From NCBI RefSeq assembly GCF_035084215.1, contig NC_090364.1, positions 4,092,001 through 4,156,000 of the forward strand: a stretch of 64,000 nt of DNA, given 5' to 3'. A program made the translations under genes and the position numbers. Below, piece by piece: positions 13,207 to 24,699 of this stretch. Within the stretch, counting starts at the first letter, position 1. Every line of letters starts with the position of its first letter. The notes below the pieces were generated by a model that was given only the letters and a program-made list of their open reading frames with translations, was not told the DNA's origin and did no database searches. The DNA is from Heptranchias perlo. Taxonomy: Eukaryota.

Positions 13207-13481
13207 TGGAAGTATTTGATGATGACACTGGATCGACAATGTAGAAAAGGTCCCTTTATGAACATTGATAGCCTCATCTTGATGAGCAATAAATTTAACC
13301 AAAAATGATTTATTTTTAATAGCGAAACTGTGTACATGCAACATTGGTGCACACAGGACATATTATTAGGCACACAAACGATCCAATCTCCAAGTACACA
13401 GAATGTTGGAATGTGTCCACAAAGGTCTCATTAAAAGGATATTGATCATACCCAAAAAAAAGAGCAGAGAGAATTACTCAC

Positions 13482-13593
13482 AGACACCAAATCCGAGGAA
13501 TGCTCGTCGAACAGCTGCAACTCGTCAAAGGACTGGGACAAGGCGTGAGAATCATGGGAGTAAACCAGATAAAGGCGAGGGTCCTTCCTGGAC
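13482..13593 (-). CDS. TBC1D17: TBC1D17 exon 6 (SRKDPRLYLVYSHDSHALSQSFDELQLFD...)
   Basis: 112 nt, phase 2/0, canonical splice sites. Confidence 0.95.
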
Positions 13594-13869
13594 CTGCCAA
13601 GACAGGATCGATAACTGGAGTCAGTAAACAATTACACTGACTGCTGGCAGAACTATCAGAACTCATTATTTACAGACACCGAGACATTGTGGGGCAGACA
13701 GCAATTAAATCCAACATTCCCATTAAACTCCGACAGTAATCCTCTTCATCAACGGGAACGGTGCTGGGGCTGTTGGCAGGGATCAGGATACCTTGGAAAG
13801 CAACTGATTGCTACTTGGTAAATGAACCCTAATAATATCTGTCCCCACCCGGTGGGGAAAGAGACAATG

Positions 13870-14195
13870 TGGCACTTAACCATACAGACCAGATGGCTGG
13901 GAGGGTGATCCCTGGTCTGTGCTGAGTCACCCGACCTCAGTCACAGTGCTACAATCGGTCTCGAAACCAGGCAGGAATTGAAAAAATCTATCAACCCAGG
14001 CTTCTGCTCCTGAGACAGCTGCTACAAGTGTGTCTAAGTAGATTGTGGGTGAGGCCTGCCCTCTACTGTCAAATCACCTGCTGGCACTCACTGTCTAGGC
14101 TGATACCTTAACATTGGGCGAGGATACTGCTGGTGCCCGTTAAACCGTATCCCAGCAAGAATCAGTGCCTTCTGGAGGGTGGAGATGGGAGAAAC
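13870..14195 (+). mobile_element. Old, diverged SINE-like repeat (related diverged copies near 6375-6500, 38540-38870, 56450-56580 and on - near 6870-7020, 15375-15590, 29240-29440)
   Basis: Shared CAGACCAG...GGTCTGTGCTGAGT...CACTGTCTAGGC...CCCAGCAAGAATCA words across copies. Confidence 0.5.
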
Positions 14196-15008
14196 TTGGG
14201 GGGGGGGGGGGGGGGAAGAATTCCCAGGGATGCTACAGTCTGAATTTTAAACAACTTTATCACTTTGTAACCTGCTGACGAGCATTCAAAATTAGGATTT
14301 ATTTAAAGCCGCCTTACAGAGGGTAGAACAGATAGCAACTTCAGAAATTCAATGGGATGGATCATTCCAGCATCAGGAGCTAAGGATAAATGGGTCAATA
14401 TAAGGTATGGAACGACACACACCCGCACACACAGATAAAATAAATCTTTCATGACATGTATTACTTATTATGATGTGTATATGTTGTTATATTGCATCCC
14501 TTAAGTAAAGTAGCATACATGGATATGATGTATAGGGCCATTCCTTCTCCCCGCACCCCCCCACATTTCCCCCCCTGTTGAAGGTTCTGACACTTGCCAG
14601 TTCCTCAAGCACTGGCCGCCCTCTGCTATTATGTGCCTCTCGACAGCAAGAGCTGACAGGCTATTCCGCCATGAAAGTCATCGCAGCCCGAGCCCAATAC
14701 TCCGCCATCCACGCTTTCCAGCCGGGCAGAGGGGGTGTCACAAGGCAGCGGTCAGGAGTGGAAACCCTGTTCGAATGTCTCCTCTTCCTGTCACCAGCAC
14801 GTGCTGCTCTCTTGGGAGTGCTCCACAGTTAGCACGGACTCTACTCGGCAAACGTAGCACAGGCCCTGGATCGAAACAAAGGCGGCGCAGCAAAAACGGG
14901 AAGCGGCTCACACACCGTACGTTACGGTACTTGTTTGACTGCCAAAATGGTGCCCGCTTTTAATACCACGGTGGTGATTGCTCGAGCAGCACGCGGTTAT
15001 ATACTCAC

Positions 15009-15219
15009 GTGGCCAGGACCACATATTTGCACAGACACTTGAGTAAGGCTCTGGTGCCGCCGTCATGAAAGTGAAGAGCAGGGAAGGAGATGCCGTCCTT
15101 GCTGATGAAGATAAGATACGACCAGCCCAGGCCGGGCTTATTTTTCCGGATGGACTTGAGTTCGGACAGACTGAGAGAGAAAGCCCACTTGCTGTGTGCT
15201 CCGGAGCACTGGGCAGCAG
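15009..15219 (-). CDS. TBC1D17: TBC1D17 exon 5 (WAFSLSLSELKSIRKNKPGLGWSYL...PALHFHDGGTRALL)
   Basis: 211 nt, phase 1/2, N-terminal PH-like Rab-binding region of TBC1D15/17. Confidence 0.96.
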
Positions 15220-16184
15220 CTGAGGGACAAACCAAAAAAAAAAACCCCACACTCAACCAAGGACGGTTCGTCAAACAAAAACATGTAAAGCACAGAACAA
15301 GGAAAGACGCCATTCAGCCCATCGAACACAGAACATGTACAATTTTTTTTCTTTGGTCAACTTTCTTGCTTCCTCTTCTGAAGGGGTCAATTTTTTAAAA
15401 TACAGCTCAACGGGTTCCTGCAGGCATGTAATACCCTTAGTCTTCCCTCATGTACAAATCTAAACAGGAAGTGTTTGCAGGCAATTCAACTACATGGGGC
15501 CTCACAGCTCAGCTTGATCCCGTTTTCACCTGACCTCCACACATATACACTTTTTCATTAATGGGTGCCTGGACAAAATTCAGTCGCAGGTTCTGTGGCC
15601 AATTCTACTGGAACTGGGATCCTCTGGCCTGGGTGGCTCCGTTACACACTCCCCAAACCTTGTGCAAATCTCCCCTTTCATTAACACTCACCCAACTTAC
15701 TTGAACACCTGAGTCAGGTGAACAGTCACAATAAGAGAGAACTCTCGTGAAACTTCTGCCCGACATTTGAAGGTAACTGAATGAAAGCTCTTGTGTTATC
15801 CACCTCGGTTATCCGACCCTGGCTGGTGGCATTCCGTGCAGGACTCCCAGTGTCCCAACACAACGAGACCCTTCTGCATTCTAAGCAGTTATCAACTGTA
15901 CTTATAACCTGTAAAGCACATGAACTTTTAAATGAATAGATTACTCAGGCAATTATATCTTTGAGTTTCCATCCTTCTGCCTGTCAGATTTACAAAAACA
16001 CTGCCCTCACTAAAATGCTCTTGAAGATACTATTTCCTCAGAGAGAACATGTGTTTTCCCTTCTAACAGAGCTTCACGAATTTTACACACCCAGTTCCTA
16101 GTGGGCAATGCCCTACAGTACAAATTGCCCCTAATCTGTCATCAAATTAGCAGCCTCCTTCAGGGAAGCCAGAGGATGTCACAC

Positions 16185-16680
16185 TGGTGAGGGGAGATTT
16201 AATAGCGGTGTTTAAAATTATGAAGGGTTTTGATGGAATAAATAGAGAGAAATTGTTTCCACTGGCAGGAGAGTCGAAAACCAGAGGATACAGATTTAAT
16301 ATCTACTTACATGGCTCGGTGTCAAATTTTGTATTAACGCTCCTGTGAAGAGCCATTTCATTATGTTAAAGGTGCTATATAAATGAAAGTTGTAGCTGTT
16401 GAAGAAGATAATTGGGAAAAGATCTAGAGGGGAGATGAGGAGAATTTTTTTAATATAAATACAGTGCGTTATGATGATCTGGAATGCACTGCCTGAAAGG
16501 GCGGTGGAAGCAGATTCAATAATAACTTTCAAAACGGAACTGGATATATACTGGAATAGGAAAAATTTGCAGGGCTATGGGGAAAGAGCGGGGGGAGTGG
16601 GACTAATTGGATAGCTCTTTCAAAGAGCCGGCATAGGCACGATGGGCCGAATGGCCTCCTTCTGTGCTGTATGATTCTAT
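16185..16680 (+). mobile_element. CR1 3' fragment with a nested L2 tail (16297-16400)
   Basis: CR1 sequence resumes in register after the L2 tail. Confidence 0.8.
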
Positions 16681-16847
16681 GGTGCAGTCGGGGTGCTCGA
16701 GGTTGGGGGCAGCTGCATTGGATCTGTAACATGCCGGACCTCATTTTGCTTGGTGCTCAGCATGAACACTTCGTCTTGACGAGCACAAGATTCACACGCA
16801 AAAAAAAAATGAAGACATTACCGTAATAATGAGCCGCTCCCTCTCAC

Positions 16848-16968
16848 CTTGCACGTCCTCCAGTGGGCGCAACCTGGTTCCTACTGTGCTGATAACGGCC
16901 CAATCAGGCTCGTAACCAGGATCAAACATCTCCTCTTCGGTGTGACTGCCCCCATTCACAGTGGAATC
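16848..16968 (-). CDS. TBC1D17: TBC1D17 exon 4 (DSTVNGG...FDPGYEPDWAVISTV...)
   Basis: FDPGYEPDWAVISTV is characteristic of TBC1D17; 121 nt, phase 0/1. Confidence 0.96.
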
Positions 16969-17945
16969 CTGAGAAAGGTACAGGGTTGTGTCAAGGGCGA
17001 GATCAGGGACAAATAAATGAGAACCATGTGACATGGTGCAGTGCCAGGGTCACGAGGACTAAGCTGCTCTCTCCTCAAAAAATACCGAGCAGTGCTCTGC
17101 ACAAAACACTGGGCACCAAACTGTCTCCCTGAACACTTTTGCCTTGCTACCCCTCTCTCCTCCTTCAAGGCCTTCCTTAAAAGCCAACTCTTCGACAAAG
17201 CTTTTGGTCACCCCTCCTAATAGCTCCTTCTTTGGCTTGATTTCTCTCCCCCCCCCCCCCCCCCCGCCCTGCTCACCCCTGTGTGAAGCACCTTAGGGCG
17301 TTTATGTTGAAGGCGCTATATAAATGCAAGTTGGTGTGGTCATTGCTGGTTTGTTCTGTAATGCATTAGTTTCTGGAAGCATTTTTTTTTTGCATATAAA
17401 AGGCCAGTTATTTCCTGCTGGTTGTTCTGGCCTCTCCCCAACACCCCCCACAACTCTCCAAACAGCTGCTGAAGTTCGAGAAACCTCCAACAGCGACGAA
17501 CCTCTCTACTTGAGCTCAGGGTGTGCCTTTTTAGCCGACTTCCTCACCGATAGCGCCCCAACCAGCGATCTTAAAGGGGCAGGCCAAGTTAGCAGCTAAA
17601 CATCACACTGGTGCCCCGGGCGAGTGATGCCAGTCAGAATTAGCTGGTTTTTATACAGAATGGCTGGAAACGGAAAAAATAAAGGATAGTGCACTGGTGC
17701 AGAGTGGAAGGAGCTGCACTCTGCATCCAACCTGCGCTGTCGTGGACCTGGGAGCGCTTAGCGCTGACAACGGCTGTCTGACATGGGAAAAGTGTTCCAT
17801 TTCTCAGTGGCAACAGCCCTCGCTACTTTGATGAGCAGAAAGTTAACCAGGGAAAATGTTTGTATTAAAAGAAAAAATAATTAAAATCAATATTCATTCC
17901 AAACTGAACAGGCCTGTACTGCAAACACGAGCCCAAGAGAATTAC

Positions 17946-18020
17946 CTTCTTGGAGTACAGGAACCGAGTGTGTTCTCCGATCTCACCGATGGGAGTCCAA
18001 TCCACCACAGTATCGGGACC
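17946..18020 (-). CDS. TBC1D17: TBC1D17 exon 3 (GPDTVVDWTPIGEIGEHTRFLYSKK)
   Basis: AG/GT bounded, 75 nt, phase 0/0, ends in the conserved L(F/Y)SKK. Confidence 0.9.
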
Positions 18021-18071
18021 CTGGGGGGACAGAACAAGAGCAAATAATCCAATTAGGGGCTGAATGACTAT

Positions 18072-18265
18072 GGGGGTAATTTTAACCTAACTCGCCGGGC
18101 GGGAAACCCACAAGATCGTCTGGAACACCAGTTTTACACCCCTGCTCCCCTCAATATTACTCTCCACTGACTTCAATGGAGAGTGAAATTGGGAGGGGTG
18201 CAAAACCAGCGTTGCACCCGATTCCGTCAGTTTCCCGACGGGCTGGTTAGGTTATGATTTCCCCC
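18072..18265. mobile_element. Fold-back MITE (palindromic non-autonomous DNA transposon)
   Basis: TIRs GGGGGTAATTTTAACCTAAC / GTTAGGTTATGATTTCCCCC; internal symmetry centred on TCTCCACTGACTTCAATGGAGA. Confidence 0.8.
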
Positions 18266-19319
18266 TCTGTTTATTTGATACAAACGTGGCCGTGGCTCCC
18301 AGGCTGCTGTGCAAACTCTTCCTCTTTCCCACCCCACAACCCCCACAGGATTGCCACTGGCCATCTCACACACTGCACCACGGGGAAAGGGGTAGTGTAG
18401 TAGTTATAGTCATAAACTAGCAGCCCAGAGCTTGTGAGATCCGATCTCCTGGCAAGTTGTGGGTTGGAACCAGGAGGAAGGATAAACTGACCGTGAACAC
18501 TGCCGGGTTGTTGTAAAAACGCAACTGGGTCATTAATGTCCTTCAGGGAAGGGAAGGGAAGCTGCTGCCCATACCCGGTCTGGGCTACATGCGACTCCAG
18601 CCAAGCACTGCGTGATCCACTCTTAATGAAGGGGTGGGTAATAAATGCAGCCGTGCCAGTGTCACCCACATCTCAACAACAAATTAAAGAAAATGATTGG
18701 GATTCACTCTGCCTCTGGACCCAATCTTGTCCCTCTTATTCTGATGGTGCCCTTTTTTCCCCCAGGATAGTTCCACGGGTCCCAGCTCTCGCTGCTATTT
18801 CCCCAGGGTCATTTCTTCGTGTGCGAGTCCAGTCTGTTGGGCTATTCACCCACGAAGGCCATAATAGCTGGGCCCAATTCTATTCTCACGGTGTCCGCAA
18901 ACGCACAGTTTCCAGGAGAGCTCGCTACGTAGTGATTAGGAGCAGTGCCTAGCTGGTGTTTCCCCCTCTCTAACCCAGTGGCTCTGAAGCCAACTCCAGC
19001 ACTCTGGCTGCTGCCCCGGTGGAGATTGGCAAATCTGCGACCTTCGGATCTGTAAGGTTCAGCACTACACCGGGTGATGCCTTAACCTGTTGGGGAGTTT
19101 GGCAGTTTTTACAGTTGCGATTCCCACACAGGCTTGTGTATATATATTTTTTTTAAATGAGAAGGTTTTGTTACAAGTCACATGCAAAGAAAAAAACCTT
19201 CCTTCAAGCATTAAAATTAAAGAGTCATTCACTGACCTGGACAAAATGCCCATCATAAAGAATCATAAATACAATGCGGCACTTTGGCATCACACTGCTC
19301 CTGGTCCTTAAATTGGCTC

Positions 19320-19690
19320 TCCTCCGTGTTTTCAAATCCCTCCATGGTCTCGCCCCTCCCTATCGCTGTAACCTCCTCCAGCCCCACAGCCCTCCAAGAT
19401 CTCTGCGCTCCTCCAATTCTGGCCTCTTATGCATCCCCAATTTTCATCACCCCACCATTGGCGGCCGTGCCTTCAGCTGTCTAGGTCCGAAGCTCTGGAA
19501 TTCCCTCCCTAAATCTCTCCGCCTCTCTAACCTATTTTAAGACGCTCCTCAAAACCTACCTCTTGGTCACCTGTCCTAATATTTCCTTATGTGGCTCAGT
19601 GTCAAATTTTGTTTGATAATCGCACCTGTGAAGCTCCTTGGGACGTTGTGCTATGTTAAAGGTGCTATATAAATGCAAATTGTTGTCGTT
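19320..19690 (+). mobile_element. L2 LINE 3' fragment
   Basis: Same family motifs. Confidence 0.88.
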
Positions 19691-20419
19691 GAATCAGCAT
19701 CTCAGTTAATAAATATTGGAACAATCCAGCAGTTGTACCTGGAATATTATTTTGATTGGTGGGGATTAACAGTACCAGACATGTTAGCCACCAGGCCTGA
19801 TGTGTGACAAATCAACATTGCATGCGGCCCAATACAATTTAATAGTACGGTTGGAGGTGCCACCTCTCAGGTGAAATGTTAAACCAAGGTCCTGTCTGCG
19901 TGTTCACGCCGATGTTAAAGGTCCCATGACTACTCAAAGGAGGGCAGGGAGATCTCCTGGTGTTCCCGGCCAACATTTCTCCCCATCAAAAAGTAGATTC
20001 ATTGCTCATTTGTGTCATCACTGTTTCTGGGAGTTGGGTGTGTGGCTGCTTTGTTCATCCACGCATAAACTGTAACTGTGCTTAAAAAAATAATTCAGCA
20101 TACATGAAGTGCTTTGGGATGTCTGGTGATAAGGCTCTACCTAAATGCAAGTTAGTTTTTGTACGGTACTCCCACTACAAATCAAGTCACATTCGTACTA
20201 ATGGAGGCAGAGCTTACCCATAGTGCTCAGCAAGAGTGAAACAGCTCTATAACTTATAGTGACTCTAAAGCGCTTCACCCCAACTTGGGAGAATGGGCGA
20301 ATTCCTCCGCTATTAGCATAGGTAGAGATCCTAGTGACAGCTCTGGTGTAGTTCGCTGCCCCTCACTCCGTAATGCCCGCTGCCCCTCACTCCGTAATGC
20401 CCGCAGCGGAGCTACTCAC

Positions 20420-20518
20420 CTTCTCCAGGATCCGGATCACTCCGGGGATCAGCGTGTCCTGGTCATGATTCCGTTTTGTGCTCGTGTGCAGAAACACGCC
20501 CTCTTTCTCAAAGGCTAC
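20420..20518 (-). CDS. TBC1D17: TBC1D17 exon 2 (VAFEKEGVFLHTSTKRNHDQDTLIPGVIRILEK)
   Basis: AG/GT bounded, 99 nt, resembles human VVFEKGGVYLHTSAKKYQDRDSLIAGVIRVVEK. Confidence 0.95.
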
Positions 20519-20747
20519 CTGCAAGACAAATCACAGCCACAGACTATTAAAGGGGCAGTAATCCAACTCCCTGTTTGCGCCAGTAGGGCATCAAACCTTA
20601 AACGTGTACGTACAGCATCACACCTGAAGTGCAGCACCTCGTGTGCACGGCTTGGCTCAAATAATCACTGTCTGGTAAATTAACCATGCCAGTTGGCTCA
20701 AATATAGACAGGTAGGAAAAGCTACCAATCAACAACCTGCATAAAAC

Positions 20748-21160
20748 TGGTGTAGTGGTTCTGTTACTGGAGCAATAATCCAGGGAACATGAGTTCAAAT
20801 CCCAACATTGGCACTTCGAGAATTTGAATTCACTCTTTTAAAAATCTGGAAATAAAAAGCTGCTATCAGTAAAAAGTGACCATGAAGCTGTTGGAATTGT
20901 CATAAAAAACTGGTTCACTAACGTCCTTTAGAGAAGGAAACCTGCCGTCATTACTCGGTCTGGCCTCTATGTGACTCCAGTCCCACATCAATGTGGTTGA
21001 CTCTTAACTCTGAAGTGGCCAAGGAAGCCACTCAGTTGTATCAAATCACGACAGCGGTTAAAGGCAGCCCACCACCGCCTTCTCAGGGCAACTAGAGATG
21101 GGCAATAAATGTCGGCCTTGCCAGCAACTCCCAGATTCAGAGACTGAATATATAAAAAAA
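20748..21160 (+). mobile_element. Second tRNA-derived SINE family (other copies 18390-18690, 21690-21824 -, 37178-37392)
   Basis: A box TGGTGTAGTGG, B box GAGTTCAAATCC, shared body AACTGGTTCACTAA.GTCCTTTAG.GAAGGAAACCTGCC, tail GGGCAATAAATG..GGCCTTGCCAG. Confidence 0.75.
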
Positions 21161-22429
21161 AAATCAGGAACCAGCAACTTCTGCAAAAAAATGACTGCCT
21201 GAAAATCTTTTCTCCAACTGTTTCGAGTGGCCACCTTGGCCTAATGAAGCCCATTCTATACAGCTAAAAATAACATTTCCAAATAAAATAACTGAACAAA
21301 ACAGAACCATAAAGTCAATCGCTGTATCAGACTCCAGACTACTCTTGAGCAACACCATTCGAGATCAGCAAGTATATATTAACATGGTTTAAACATTGTT
21401 TGTAATAATGGGATCTCATCCGGAAAAGGTTCAGCACAGACTTGACAAACACTAAGGCTAATTTTCTCGATATGTAGGTGCCTGGATAGTTCTTAATCCA
21501 GAGACGGTACATCCCACTTAATTGCACGAAATTAATGTTTCTCCCAGAAATCCCAATCCACCACTGGATATGATGACTTGTATCAATTATTCACTTGTAA
21601 AGTTGCCCAGAGTGTCACAAGACTTGTGTAGTACACTGCCAACGAGTCCTTACCTTGCACTGTACAGTGCACTCAACCAATAGAAGGAACTTCTTTAACC
21701 ACTGTAGTGGTTTGATACAACTGAGGGGTTTGCTAGGCCACTTCCGAGGGCAGTTAAGAGCCAACCACGTTGGTGTGGGGCTGGAGTCATATACAGGCCC
21801 AGACCGGGTAAGGACGGCAGGTTTCAATTGTCAAATATTTTCTACCCTGCTCTCTTGAAGGAGATGAGCACTGCTGAGGCACAGGCTCATGGCAGCTCCA
21901 ACCCTCCAGTGACACTCCTAAATGGCCATCTTTCAAGTGTCTCCCCAGGGAGCCTATTCCATAGATTGACCACTCGTTCACTGAGATATTGTTTCCACAG
22001 ATTAGTTTTGAATTTATCCCCTTCAGGCGCAGGCTGTATCCTCTGGTTCTACTGTTCTGGAAAAGGAGAATTAGCTTGTCATGGTCTACATTGAAATGTT
22101 GGCCACCCTGGAATAGATGTTATATGTACACTTACATTAAAAAAAAATGGATTTCCCAAAACTATACACCACCCAAGCCCATAGACACGATGAAAGTCAG
22201 TACTCAGGTCTCTGAAAAGGATGCACTGAAATCAAGAGGAATTCGAGGCTGTTTGCAAATGATTCTTTTGCTGATTTTCTTCAGTCTCATGGAAAGGTGT
22301 CTGGCCTCAAAATAGCATGCAGCTGCTGGAGTGTACCTGTCACTGTCAAACTACAAATTACAACATTCCAGGGTGGCCAATTTTTCAAAGCTCAAGAGCC
22401 AGAAAAATAAATTGTATTCTGAAAAAGAG

Positions 22430-22765
22430 CCACAAGTGTTAACTACACATACACCAGTATACTCGCCAATACTCTCACTGCAACTACACCTATACTAGTA
22501 CACTCACCGACATTCTCATTGCAACTACACGTATACTAGAGTTAACATTTCAGGTCGATGACTGATTCTCACTAACTACACTCGTACTCACACCAACATT
22601 CTCATATTAGTACACTTACCAATATTTTCACTACATATATACTAGTGCTCACTGATGGTCTCTGTAACTACATATAAACTAGACACTCTCACTATTTTCT
22701 CACTGTAATTACACATATTCTCATACCATTGCTTATATTCCCATTGTAACTACAAGTATACTCTA
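22430..22765. repeat. Degenerate tandem repeat (ACTACACATATACTAGTACACTCAC-like)
   Basis: Recurrent ACTACAC/ATACTAG/CTCAC words with ~45-50 bp spacing. Confidence 0.6.
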
Positions 22766-22769
22766 CCAG

Positions 22770-24637
22770 TGACCCCATCCTTCACCGTATCAGTGTATTC
22801 CTGCGCTACAGTATATAAAGAACAAGTTATTACCTTGTAAACCTATGCGGGTGACCCCCATCCTTCGCTGTATCAGAGTACCCCGTGCTACAGTATGTAA
22901 AGAACAAGTGATTACCTTGTGACTGTCTGCCGGTGACCCTATCTTTCACTGTAGTTATATACCCCTGTACTACAGTATATAAAAGAACAAGTTATTACCT
23001 TGTAACCTATGCAGGTTATCCCATCTTTCACTGTATCAGTGTATCCCTGTGCTTATCACAGAATAATAGAAAGGTTACAGCACAGAAGGAGGCCATCGGG
23101 CCCATCGAGTCTGCGCCAGCTCTATGCAAGAGCAATTCAGCTAGTCCCACTCCCCTGCCCTATCCCCCTTTCCCTGCAAATTTTTGGCTTTCAAGTACTT
23201 ATCCAATTCCCTTTCGAAGGCCATGCTTGAATCCGTCTCCACCACTCCCTCGGGCAGTGCATTCCAGATCCTAACCACGAGCTTACAGTATATAAAGAAC
23301 AAGTTATTACCTTGTAATCTATGCAGGTGACCCTTTCCATCACTGTATCAGGGTATGCCTGTGCTACAGTATATAATGAACCTTGTAATCTATGCAGGTG
23401 ACCCTATCCTCCACTATATCAGTGTATTCCTGCGCTACAGTATATAACGAACCAGTTATTACCTTGTAACCTATGCAGGTGACCCTATCTATCACTGTAT
23501 CAGTGTATTCCTGCGCTACAGTATAAAATGAACAAGTTATTACCTTGTAGCCTATGCAGGTGACGCTATCCATCACTATAGCAGTGTATCCCTGTGCTAC
23601 AGTATTTAATGAACAAGTGATTACCTTATATCCTATGCAGGTGACCCCATCCATCACTGTATCACTGTACCCCTGTGCTACAGTATATAATGAACCTTGT
23701 AATCTATGCAGGTGACCCTATCCTCCACTATATCAGTTTATTCCACTACTACAGTATTTAATGAACAAGTGATTACCTTGTAACCTATGCAGGTGACCCT
23801 ATGCATCACTATATCAGTGTATTCCACTACTACAGTATATAATGAACAAGTGATTACCTTGTAAGCTATGCAGGTGACTCTATCCATCACTCTATCAGTG
23901 TATCCCTGTGCTATAGTATATAATGAACCTTGTAATCTATGCAGGTGACCCTATCCTCCACTATATCAGTGTATTCCACTACTACAGTATTTAATGAACA
24001 AGTTATTACCTTGTAGCCTATGCAGGTGACCCCATCCATCACTGTATCACTGTACCCCTGTGCTACAGTATATAATGAACCTTGTAATCTATGCAGGTGA
24101 CCCTATCCTCCACTATATCAGTGCATTCCACTACTACAGTATTTAATGAACAAGTGATTACCTTGTAACCTATGCAGGTGACCCCATCCATCACTATAGC
24201 AGTGTACCCCTGTGCTACAGTATTTAATGAACAAGTGATTACCTTATATCCTATGCAGGTGACCCCATCCATCACTGTATCACTGTACCCCTGTGCTACA
24301 GTATATAATGAACCTTGTAATCTATGCAGGTGACCCTATCCTCCACTATATCAGTGCATTCCACTACTACAGTATTTAATGAACAAGTGATTACCTTGTA
24401 ACCTATGCAAGTGACTCTGTCCATCACTAGATCAGTGTATCCCTATGCTACAGTATATAATGAACAAGTTATTACCTTGTAATCTATGCAGGTGACCCTA
24501 TCCTCCACTATATCAGTTTATTCCACTACTACAGTATTTAATGAACAAGTGATTACCTTGTAACCTATGCAGGTGACTCTGTCCATCACTAGATCAGTGT
24601 ACCCCTGTGCTACAATATTTAATGAACAAGTGATTAC
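22770..24637 (-). repeat. 81/71-bp minisatellite (~20 units) in TBC1D17 intron 1, derived from the exon 1/intron 1 junction
   Basis: Periodic CCTT anchors at 23381, 23462, 23543, 23624, 23695 ... 24475, 24556, in register with the true donor at 24637; interrupted by a CR1 fragment. Confidence 0.95.
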
Positions 24638-24664
24638 CTTCAGACTCTCTGCCGGTGATCCCAT
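24638..24664 (-). CDS. TBC1D17: TBC1 domain family member 17, coding exon 1 (MGSPAESLK)
   Basis: ATG in strong Kozak context (AGGATGG), followed by phase-0 donor AAG|GTAATC; joins exon 2 in frame; short first coding exon as in vertebrate TBC1D17. Confidence 0.82.
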
Positions 24665-24699
24665 CCTTTTCACTTCTCTTTTTTTCCCCCAAAACAAAC

